Assembly (NCBI GenBank): GCA_030390025.1
Contig: JASTWF010000354.1
Location: 310,001-374,000, forward strand
Direction of reading: 5' to 3'
DNA length: 64,000 nt
Source of the DNA: Squalus acanthias
Lineage: Eukaryota
Shown here: positions 45,500 to 55,680 of the stretch, one piece after another
Layout: each line of letters starts with the position of its first letter
Position numbering within the stretch: position 1 is the stretch's first letter
Translations under genes and position numbers: made by a program
Notes under the pieces: model-generated
The model's input: the letters and a program-made list of their open reading frames with translations, nothing else
Database searches by the model: none
What the model was told of the DNA's origin: nothing

Positions 45500-48400
45500 G
45501 GGCCAGAAATTCGGCTCTCCAACGTCCTGCGGGTGCAAGCATCGCGCGCGTACTTACCTACTGTGCCTGCTGTTGTGCTTCGGGCACACGATGACTTCGG
45601 CTCCTGGGCCTCCTCCAGCTGCCGGCGCGCAGTGCTTGCGTATCCCAGGGGCGCAGTTAGTTCGAAGCGTCCCCTGGGATCACGTGGGCCATGGAGAGCC
45701 AATCCTAGCAGGGCATTTTCATTCATAGATTTGACAGGAAGACCTTTCAAATCTATGAATAGAGATCGGCCCCAAAACCACACTTAAACTTCAAATACAT
45801 TTTTAAAAAAACATCACATTTTAAAAATAAGTATAAGTTACATAAATTAACTAATTTAAACAAAAATTTAAATTTTTGAAAAAAGTAATTATACTTTTTA
45901 ATGTTGCTAAAAATAAACTTACCTTTCTTTGAATTATCTAAAAAAGATAAACCTGTTGAAAAAATGTTTAAATTGTAAATAATTAAGCACTTACCTTGTT
46001 AAAAACAGGCCTTGCGCCTCCTTTTTAAAAGTGCAGCTTCTCCATAATTACCTTCCCGGAGAAACCTGAAAAAAAAAATGAAGTTCGCTACGTGCGCGCA
46101 GCCTCTCCCGCGCACGCGTTCGACTTCTGAACCCCTCCCTTCAGGGGAAAGAAAGTTCCGGTTTCCCGCGCATGCGCAGTGAATGCAGGAAACCGACACT
46201 TCAGGTGGCCTTACGGGTGAGTACACAGCGCGTACTCACATAGAAACATAGAAGATAGGAGCAGGAGTAGGCCATTCGGCCCCTCGAGCCTGCTCCGCCA
46301 TTCGATGAGATCATGGCTGATCATCCAAACTCAGTACCCTGTACCTGCCTTCTCCCCATATCCCTTGATACCTTTAGCTTTAAGAAATATATCTAACTCA
46401 TTCTTGAATATATTTAATGACTTGGCCTCAACTACCTTCTGTGGTAGAGAATTCCACAGGTTCATCACTCTCTGGGTGCAGAAATTCTTCCTCATTTCTG
46501 TCCTAAATGGCTTACCCGTTATCCTTAGATTATGACCCCTGGTTCTGGACTCTCCGCCCATCGGGAACATTCTTCCTGCATCTAGTTTGTCCAGACCTGT
46601 CAGAATTTTATATGTTTCGATGAGATCCCCTCTCATTCTTCTATACTCCAGTGAGTATAAGCCCAATCGACCCAATCTCTCCTCATATGTCATTTCTGCC
46701 ATCCCAGGTATCAGCCTGGTGAATCTTCGCTGAACTCCCTCCATGGCAAGAACATCCTTCCTCAGATAAGGCGACCAAAACTGCACACAGTACTCAAGGT
46801 GTGGTCTCACCAAGGCCCTGTGCAACTGCAGCAGGACATCCCTGTTCCTTTACTCAAACCCTTTCGCTATGAAGGCCAACATACCATTTGCCTTCTTCAC
46901 CGCCTGCTGCACCTGCATGCTTACTTTCAGCGACTGGTGCACAAGGACACCCAGGTCTCGTTGCACTTCCCCTTCTCCCAATCTATTGCCATTCAGATAA
47001 TAGTCTGCCTTTCTGTTTTTGACACCAAAGTGGATAACCTCACATTTATCCATGTTATATTGCATCTGCCACGCTTCTGCCCACTCTCCCAACCTGTCCA
47101 AATCATCCTGGAGTTTCTCGGTATCCTCCTCGCAGCACACACTCCCACCCAGCTTTGTGTTATCTGCAAACTTGGAGATATTACATTTAGTTCCCTTATC
47201 TAGATCATTAATGTATGTTGTGAATAGCTGGGATCCAAGGACCGATCCCTGCCGTACCCCACTAGTCACTGCTTGCCACTCGGAAAAAGACCCATTAATT
47301 CCTACTCTCTGCTTTCTGTCCGCCAACCAGTTCTCTATCCAAATCAATACCTTGCCCCCAATTCCATGTGCCTTAACTTTACACGCTAATCTCTTGTGCG
47401 GAACCTTATCGAAAGCCTTTTGAAAGTCCAAATACACCGCATCTACTGGTTCTCCCTTATCTATTTTCCCAGTTACATCCTCAAAAAATTCCAGTGGATT
47501 AGTCAAGCATGATTTACCTTTTGAAAATCCATGTTGACTTTGTCCGATCCTGTCACTGTTTTTCAAGTGCTCAGCTATTACATCCTTTATAATGGACTCT
47601 AGCATTTTCCCCACTACCGATGTCAGGCTTACCGGTTTGTAATTCCCCGCTTTCTCTCTACCACCCTTTTTAAATAGTGGGGTAAATTTAGCTACCCTCC
47701 AATCCATGGGTACAGTTCCAGATTCCATCGAATGTTGGAAGATGATCAGCAATGCATCTGCTATTTCTAGGGCCACTTCCTTAAGTACCCTAGGATGTAG
47801 ATTATCAGGCCCTGGGGATTTATCTGCCTTCAATCCTGCCAATTTCCCTAACACCATTTCCCTGCAAATACTGATTTCTTTCAGTTCCTCCCTTTCATCA
47901 GACCGTATGTTCTCCAACATCTCTGGGAGGTTATTTGTGTCCTCCTTTGTGAAGACAGAACCAAAATATGCATTTAATTGGTCTGCCATTTCTTTGTTCC
48001 CCATTATAACTTCCCCCGCTTCTGACTGCAAGTGACCTACACTTGATTTCACTAATCTTTTTCTCTTCACATATCTATAAAAGCTCTTACAGTCAGTTTT
48101 TATGTTCCCAGCAAGCTTACTTTCATATTCTATTTTCCCCTTCTTAATTAATCCCTTTGTCCTCCTTTGTTGAATCCTAAACTGCTCCCAATCCTCAGGG
48201 TTAGCGCTTTTTCTGGCCAATTTATATGCCCTCTCCTTGAATCTTATGCTATCCCTAATTTCCCTTGTTAGCCACGGTTGAGTCACCCTTTTTGTTTTAT
48301 TCTTATGCCACACTGGGTTGAACAAATTCTGTAGTTCATCCATGCAGTCTTTGAATGTTTGCCATTGCCTATCCACCGTCAAACCTTTGAGTGAGATTCC

Positions 48401-49010
48401 CCAATCAATGCTACCCAATTCGTGCCTCATACCATCGTAGTTTCCTTTATTCAAATTCCGGACCCTAGTCTCTGATTCAACAACTTCACTCTCCATCCGA
48501 ATGAAGAATTCTATCATATTATGATCACTCTGACCCAAGGGGCCTCGTACAACAAGATTGCTAATTAATCCTTTCTCATTACATAATACCCAGTCTAAGA
48601 TGGCCTGATCTCTGGTTGGTTCCTCGACATATTGTTCCAGAAAACTATCCCGTAAACATTCTAGGAATTCCTCCTCCACAGTATTTTTACTAATTTGGTT
48701 AGCCCAATCTATATGTAAATTAAAGTCACCCATGATGACTGCTGTGCCCTTACTGCATGCTTCTCTAATTTCCCTTTTAATGCCATCCCCAACCTCCGTA
48801 TTACTGTTTGGAGGTCTATATACCACTCCCCCTAACGTTTTCTGCCCCTTGTTATTTCTCAGTTCTACCCATACAGATTCCGCATCATCAGAGCTTCCTT
48901 TCAATTGTGTTAATCCCCTCTTTAACCAGCAATGCTACCCCACCTCCCTTTCATTTTTGCCTATCTTTCCTAAATATTGAATACCCCGATAAAAGCCGAA
49001 TTTCTGGCCC
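45500..49010. mobile_element. Harbinger-like MITE copy 2, carrying a CR1 insertion
   Basis: TIR GGGCCAGAAATTCGGC ... GCCGAATTTCTGGCCC; 3-bp TSD ATT (45497-45499 and 49011-49013). Confidence 0.9.
46239..48988 (-). mobile_element. 5'-truncated CR1 (EN-RT-3'UTR), frameshifted
   Basis: ORFs 46850-48904 and 46331-46825; nearly identical to 55815-58272; (TTCTATGT)n tail. Confidence 0.95.
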
Positions 49011-50178
49011 ATTGTGTCCAATTCTGGGCACCACACTTTAGGAAGGATGTCAAGGCCTTGGAGAGGGTGCAGAGGAGATTTACTAGAATGGTACAAGCGA
49101 TGAGGGACTTCAGTTATTCGGAGAGACTGGAGAAGCTGGGATTGTTCACATTAGAGCAGAGAAGGTTAAGCGGAAATTTGATAGAGGTGTTCAAAATCAT
49201 GAACGGTTTCGATAGAGTAAATACAGAGAAACTGTTCCCAGTGACAGGAGGTTCAATAACCAGAGGACACAGATTGAAGGGAATTGGCAAAAGAACCAGA
49301 GGGGAAATGAGGAGAATGTTTTTACAGCGAGTTGTTGTGATCTGGAATGCGCTGCCTGAAAGGGCGGTGGGAGCAGATTCAATAATAACTTTCAAAAGGG
49401 AATTGGAGAAATACTGGAAAAGGAAAAGATTTGCAGGGCTGTGGGGAAAGAGCAGGGAGTGGGACTAATTGGAGAGCTCTTTCAAAGAGCCGGCACAGGC
49501 ACGATGGGCCGAATGGCCTCCTCCTGTGCTGTGAGATTCTGTAATTCACTACCTGCTGCCCTCCAATCGTTGAGATGAACCAGTTGTTCTCACTCACTCT
49601 CCCGCTCATCATTCTTTGGGTCATTTCCAGTTCAGGGAGCTGAGTTTGGGTGAGAGGAATATAAATGCTTGAAACAGAGTGTGTTTAGCTGGCAGTGATG
49701 GAGCAGCTGTCGGAACCCTCAGCGTGGGGAGATCTTTATTGCTGCCGCTGGGTTTCTGTTATTGATCACTGCAGAAAAACACAAACAAAATATCAGCTTT
49801 GGAAATCAGTCTGCAGCGGCGAACAGGTAGGCCCACAGAGACGGCGGACCTGGGTGGAGCGGCTGCGGCGAGGCGGAGCTGATAAAAGAGGCGGCGGCGA
49901 CCAGGTAGGCGACCAATCTGAGCCCCGAGAGCGCGAGAGAGAAGTAAAAAATAATCAAAGTGTGACGTCACCAGAAAGCAGGTAAGTGATTGGTTGGTGA
50001 GTATTTCTCTTTTTCTCCTTTTTTCCATACTTAAATTCTGTGGTTTATAGTTTCTAGAGTCTCTGTGGTGTAGCGGGGACTGCTGTTAAGCAAGGGCCCT
50101 TGAGTATATCATTTAATTGAAGTGAAATTGGTGGGATTCAATTAGTTTAATTTTAATTAATTAATTAAAGGGTAAGTC

Positions 50179-51129
50179 ATGTCAGGAGAGGTCCGTGCCG
50201 TGATATGCTCCTCCTGCTATATGTGGGAAATCAGGGACACTTCCTGTGTCCCTGACGACCATGTGTGTGGGAAGTGCATCCAGCTGCAGCTGCTGACGGA
50301 CTGCATTGCGGCGCTGGAGCTGCGGATGGATGCATATTGGAGCATTCGCGACGCTGAGAACGTCGTGGATAACTCGTTTAGCGAGTTGGTCACACCGCAG
50401 GTAAAGGGTGTACAGGCAGGAAGTGAATGGGTGACCACCAGGCAGAGTAAGAGGTGCAGGCAGGTAGTGCAGGGGTCCCCTGTGGCCATCCCGCTCTCAA
50501 ACAGATATACCACTTTGGATGCTGTTGGGGGGGATGACTTATCAGGGGAAGGCGGCAGCAGCCAACTTCCTGGCACCATGGGTGGCTCTGCTGCACAGGC
50601 TGGGAGGAAAAAGTGTGGAAGAGCTATAGTGATAGGGGATTCAATTGTAAGGGGAATCGATAGGCGTTTCTGCGGCCGCAATCGAGACTCCAGGATGGTG
50701 TGTTGCCTCCCTGGTGCAAGGGTCAAGGACGTCTCGGAGCGGCTACAGAACATTTTGGAGGGGGAGGGCGAACAGCCAGTTGTCGTGGTGCACATAGGCA
50801 CCAACGATATAGGTAAAAAACGGGATGAGGTCCTAAAAGCAGAATATAGGGAGTTAGGAGGTAAATTAAAAAAGAGGACCTCAAAGGTAGTAATCTCAGG
50901 ATTGCTACCAGTGCCACGTGCTGGTCAGAGTAGAAATAGGAGGATATTACAAATGAATACATGGCTAGAGGAATGGTGCAAGGGGGAGGGATTCAAATTC
51001 CTTGGACATTGGAACCGGTTCTGGGGGAGGTGGGACCAGTACAAACGGGACGGTCTGCACCTGGGCAGGGCCGGAACCGATGTCCTAGGAGGAGTGTTTG
51101 CTAGTGCTGTTGGGGAGGGTTTAAACTAA
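50179..51129 (+). CDS. CR1 ORF1 protein (Cys4 finger, coiled coil, SGNH/GDSL esterase domain)
   Basis: CSSC...CGKC, IGDSIV, HIGTND, DGLHL; intact 316 aa. Confidence 0.9.
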   Translation: MSGEVRAVICSSCYMWEIRDTSCVPDDHVCGKCIQLQLLTDCIAALELRMDAYWSIRDAENVVDNSFSELVTPQVKGVQAGSEWVTTRQSKRCRQVVQGSPVAIPLSNRYTTLDAVGGDDLSGEGGSSQLPGTMGGSAAQAGRKKCGRAIVIGDSIVRGIDRRFCGRNRDSRMVCCLPGARVKDVSERLQNILEGEGEQPVVVVHIGTNDIGKKRDEVLKAEYRELGGKLKKRTSKVVISGLLPVPRAGQSRNRRILQMNTWLEEWCKGEGFKFLGHWNRFWGRWDQYKRDGLHLGRAGTDVLGGVFASAVGEGLN

Positions 51130-51673
51130 GTGGCAGGGGGTTGGGAACCTGAGCAGGGAGACAGAGGAAAGTGAAACAAGGATAAAAGCTAAAGACAGGA
51201 AGGAGAAAAACAAAAGGAGAAGGCAAAGAACTCACCGGTTTAAATCAAACATGGTCACAGTAAATAATAATTCATATAGGTCTGAGAGCGTTAAAAAAAC
51301 AAGCCTGAAGGCTTTGGGGTAGAAATTAGGTCGCGCCCCATTTGGGGCGCAAATATCGTCCGGACGCAAATATTAGCGCCTGGCGCTAATTATCGGCACT
51401 GACAGGAAACTTCACTTTTACCGCCCCGGGAGGTGAGTGGAGCGCTAAAGCAGGCGCTGCACACCTGTCTTAAGGCGCAAAGGCCAAGGAGTGAGGCGCT
51501 AACTCAGCACGCGAGCGCAGCGCAGCTGCTGCCAGTTAGCGAGGGAACACAGACACACTGGCGCCGGACACTTCTTAAAGCGGGGGGGGGCCACTTGCTC
51601 CCCAGCCACACCCTGCTCATTGCAGCCTTGAATCTCAGCCTGGAGAGACCTGTAATCCATTTTGCTGCCAAGC

Positions 51674-53712
51674 ATGGAGAGGGTGAGAGAACGCGCTCAT
51701 CGCTTCACCGAGCGGGCCTTGGATGCTCTGGTTGACGCAGTGGAGCGCAGACGATGTATGCTGTTCCCTGAGAGTGGCAGGAGGCCTTTGCCACGCGAGT
51801 TCAGAAGAGTGTGGAGGGAGGTGGCTCAGAGCGTCTCCTCCAGGAGCATGGTGCCCAGGACCCATACTCAATGCCGCAAAAAGTTCAACGACCTCACTCG
51901 GGTCGTCAGGGTGAGTGGCTTTTTCTCAATACCTCTCCATCCCTCCATCTCAACCTCACTCTATGGCCAGAGGGTCTTAAAACCCCAATGCACAACACTC
52001 ATCCAACACCTATGGCCCTTTCATCAAACACACACACACATTCCACACTTTGCATACAGTAAGGGCTATTCACCTATGGGAGGCACATCAGGCAAGACCA
52101 TGGCTGCATATTGTAAGGGCTATTCACCTATGGGAGGCACATCAGGCAAGACCATGGCTGCATATTGTAAGGGCTATTCACCTATGGGAGGCACATCAGG
52201 CAAGACCATGGCTGCATATTGTAAGGGCTATTCACCTATGGGAGGCACATCAGGCAAGACCATGGCTGCATATTGTAAGGGCTATTCACCTATGGGAGGC
52301 ACATCAGGCAAGACCATGGCTGTATATTGTAAGGGCTATTCACCTATGGGAGGCACATCAGGCAAGACCATGGCTGCATATTTACTCAGATGCTGTCCTT
52401 TTTCTTGCAGGCTAAGCTGGCTCATAATAGGAGACAGCAGCAACGGACAGGTGGAGGGCGGCTTCAGCTGCAACCCCTCAGCGATCTGGAGGAGCGCGTC
52501 CACAGGATTGCGGCAAGCCGGGTGATCGGTCCCGTCGCCACTGGAGACGCCGACCCCGTTCTGGACAGCAATGGTAAGGTCATCACCTTTTTGTCCTCTG
52601 TCCTTCCACTTGTCCCTCACAACACCAGCCTTTGACACTTTCAATCCAACTTGCTAACTCGCTGCACTTATTCCTCCCTTACTGCCACCCTGTCCTCACG
52701 CTAAAGCCACTCTTGTACCTCCCTGCTTTCAGATGGTGATTCACCAGCTGAGGAGACGGGCCCTGAAGCTGCCACTGGGAGTGATGCTGCAGCTGAGGAG
52801 GAAGAGGAAGCCAGAGCATCAGTGCCACCCTCTCCCGAGGAAGCCCATGCCCACACTGGGAACACGCCTTCCCCAGAGGGGAGCAGGGGGGAAGGGGCTG
52901 ATGATGGTGAAGCTCCAGGACCCAGCGGGCTGCAGCAACGCCATGGGGGGGGTAGGGAAGAACGGGGGCCTTCTCCCCAGAGGGAGAGTATGCCAGACAC
53001 TCCTACTGCAATGGACGCAGAGGAGGAGCGGCTGATTGCAGAAATGAACACCCAGGCGGTGTGCATGCACACTGAGCTCATGGGTGCAGTGGGAAGGGTG
53101 CCCGATTGCATTGAGTCACTGGCAAGGAGTGTGGAGCACTTCGCTGTAGCACAGGCGGATGCCACACTAACGCTTAGTGCTGCAATTCAGTCACTGGCTG
53201 CCGTGATCCCACCTCTGACTGCTCTCATACAGACTCAGATGGAGGCCCCGCGAGCACAGACTGCTGCCAACCTCGATGGTTCGTGCACATGTCCCAGGGA
53301 CTCTCACTGCGCCGCAGCAGGCCAGCAATCTGTTCTCCGGCAGATTGCTCCGGATGCTGAAGTGCTGCCCCTTGGGAGTGCCAGTGTGTCGGGCGAGCAG
53401 GGAGTTGCTGGCCTCTCTCACGATGACAGCATTCCTGCTGCCAACACTGTCACTTCTCCACTGCACTTGCCACCGCCTGTAGGACAGACTGCTGCCGCCC
53501 ATGCAGAGTTGGTGCAGTCTGCAGCCGGGCCCTCCAGGCCCAGAAGTGGTCGAGGCCGTCCTTCAGGGGCATCTGCAGTGTCAGGGTCTGACGAGCAGCA
53601 GCCTTCCACCAGCCTTGCTGCAGCCACTGAGGTCCCATTACGGAGGAGCAGTAGGGTTAGAAGGGGGGAAGTGCGCAAGGGAAGGAGATCACCCTCGAAG
53701 GGCAAAAAGTAG
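51674..53712 (+). CDS. Harbinger Myb/SANT-like DNA-binding protein, 3 exons (51674-51910, 52411-52573, 52733-53712), 459 aa predicted
   Basis: RFTERALDALVDAV...WREVA...RTHTQCRKKFNDL; GT-AG introns (GTGAGT...TTGCAG, GTAAGG...TTTCAG) keep the frame; TGGG motif in exon 2. Confidence 0.85.
52059..52382. repeat. 54-bp tandem repeat (6 copies) in intron 1 of the Myb-like gene
   Basis: Unit GTAAGGGCTATTCACCTATGGGAGGCACATCAGGCAAGACCATGGCTGCATATT. Confidence 0.95.
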
Positions 53713-54006
53713 GAGGTGTGACAAAATGCTGGTCATTTTTTTATTAAAGGCCGAGGTTCATGGTCCAACTTTTGTTTAGTGTTTTGGACATTATCTCCAG
53801 GTTGTGAGAACCAGTTATGTTATTGACTGTTTTTTTGTGTTTATTTCTATGAGTTTGTCATGAGGAATTGACACACACAGAGTTTGTAAAATAAATAAGT
53901 TTCTGTATTCAAAATATACATGGCTGGTGGTTGGAATTATTGGTGCCTTGGCCGGCTTAGGGGTTGCGTGCTGGGTTGATTAGTGTTTGTAGCAATGGCA
54001 GGGGCC

Positions 54007-55167
54007 CTAGAAGCGGTTTGCTATTAGTCGTTGACGGACGGCCCTTGCAGTTTGACCATTGTGGGCCGCCCTCCTGCCTTGGTGCTGCTGATGATCATCG
54101 TCCTCGTCCTCTTCCTCCTCTTCCTCCTCCTCCTCTGGTGGTGCTACAAGGCCTGGTGGCATTGGCTGGGTCCTGAGGATTGCCATGTTGTGCAACATGC
54201 AGCACACGACTACGAAGTTCGAAACTTGCTCAGGCGAGTACTGCAGGGCTCCTCCGGAATGGTCCAGACAGCGGAACCGTTGTTTCAGCACGCCGATTGT
54301 GCGCTCAATAATGTTCCTGGTTGCTTGATGGCTTTCATTGTACCGCAGCTCAGCAGGGGTGTTTGGCGTACGGAGCGGTGTCATCAGCCAGGTGCTCAAT
54401 GCGTACCCCTTGTCCCCCAGAAGCCAACCAACTGGCTGATGTGGTGCCTCGAAAACTTCTGCCACAGTAGTCTGGCGCAGGATGAAAGCATCGTGGCAGC
54501 TGCCCGGATAGTGGGCATTGACAGCGAGTATCACCTGTCTGTGGTCACAGACCAACTGCACATTCAAGGAATGGAACCCCTTTCTGTTCCTGAATTCCTC
54601 TGCATTCTCTCGCGGAGCACGCAAAGCCACATGCGTGCAGTCAATGGCGCCCTGCACCATGGGGAAGCCCGCTACCCTCGCAAAGCCCAGAGCACGGTCA
54701 CGCTGCTTGTCTGGGGTCATAGGGAAAGAGATGAAGTCTCGTCTCCTTCTGAAGAGGGCATTGGTGACCTGCCGGATGCAGCGATGCACCGCAAACTGGG
54801 AGATATTGGCGAGGTCCCCAACAGCAGCTTGGAATGAGCCAGTGGCGTAGAAGTTCAAAGCCACTGTGACCTTCACTGCCACCGACAGAGACGTCCTGGA
54901 CCTCAGCTGAGGCTGCAGATCTGGCTGCAGCAGGTGGCAGAGCTCAGTGACCACCTCCTTGCTGAATCGCAGCCTTCGCAAACACAGCTCCTCGGACATA
55001 TGGATGTAGGAGAGCTGTTCACGATATACCCTGGGAGGGTAAGCTCTCCTGTACATGCGCCTGATGGCCCTCCTCCGTCTGGCCATCATTGCCACTCTCT
55101 GTCTGCGTCTTGGTATCCTCCGATTCAGCTGGAGCAGGACGACGCCCCCAATCATTGCAGCCCCCAT
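54007..55167 (-). CDS. Harbinger DDE transposase (HARBI1-like family), 386 aa from the first ATG
   Basis: GAIDCTH, FRNRKGFHSLNVQLVCD, YPGSCHD, LLGDKGY, RNIIERTIGVLKQRFRCL, CCMLHN; no stops or frameshifts. Confidence 0.93.
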   Translation of the reverse strand: MGAAMIGGVVLLQLNRRIPRRRQRVAMMARRRRAIRRMYRRAYPPRVYREQLSYIHMSEELCLRRLRFSKEVVTELCHLLQPDLQPQLRSRTSLSVAVKVTVALNFYATGSFQAAVGDLANISQFAVHRCIRQVTNALFRRRRDFISFPMTPDKQRDRALGFARVAGFPMVQGAIDCTHVALRAPRENAEEFRNRKGFHSLNVQLVCDHRQVILAVNAHYPGSCHDAFILRQTTVAEVFEAPHQPVGWLLGDKGYALSTWLMTPLRTPNTPAELRYNESHQATRNIIERTIGVLKQRFRCLDHSGGALQYSPEQVSNFVVVCCMLHNMAILRTQPMPPGLVAPPEEEEEEEEEDEDDDHQQHQGRRAAHNGQTARAVRQRLIANRF

Positions 55168-55680
55168 ATTCTCTTTGCCAGAAAAGTAATGAGGTACAGC
55201 AACTAAAGTAGCAACAAAGTTAGGATGAATAGGCAAAACTACCTCACAAAGCGTTGAGTCAATGTAGAAGTCTCTCTCTCTCTCTCTCCGAATCTCTCTC
55301 TCTCTCTCAGAACGAGTGGAGCATAAATGTCGACCACAGAAAAAGACAGGAAGAGGCCACCTTTAAATAGCGCCCCCCCCCAGCCCCACACCGATTGATA
55401 GCGTTCCAGTCTTCCGGTCGTTGGAAGCGCCAGGCGGTAAGGCAGGGGGCGCCAATCAATTTCCGCTCCGGGGCGCCCCAAGGGCGTTGCACCATGGAAT
55501 GACGTCACAATCTGCGCGCGCAGGTGGTCGCAGCGGTAAGTTTTAGCGCCGCCGCACAATCTCAAGTTAAGTTCTTGAGCGGCGCAAACATCGCTGCGCC
55601 CGGGCGTTAGCGGCTTAACGCCCCATTAGCGCCCTCTTAAGGCGCTAACGGGAGGCGCAACCAAGTGAATTTTTACCCCT

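Larger units (their letters stand above)
45437..49547 (+). mobile_element. CR1 3' fragment (45437-45499 plus 49014-49547) split by a MITE
   Basis: KSLVRPQLEY | CVQFWAPHFRKDV becomes continuous when the insert and one ATT are removed. Confidence 0.88.
51316..55679. mobile_element. Autonomous PIF/Harbinger DNA transposon, 4364 bp
   Basis: TIR GGGGTAGAAATT / AATTTTTACCCC; 3-bp TSD TTT (51313-51315 and 55680-55682); two convergent genes. Confidence 0.95.

Noticed and set aside
49331..50750. Repeat pair 49331/62582 as the LTRs of a giant 13-kb retroelement
   Set aside because: It starts mid-CR1, lacks TG..CA ends and includes unrelated CR1 parts; better explained as a segmental duplication, although it does follow the Gypsy PPT
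54031..54837. 268-aa ORF antisense to the transposase
   Set aside because: Shadow frame of a GC-rich coding sequence
54007..55236. Domesticated HARBI1 or NAIF1/MSANTD host genes
   Set aside because: Both ORFs lie within TIRs and a TSD inside a young LINE, so they are transposon genes
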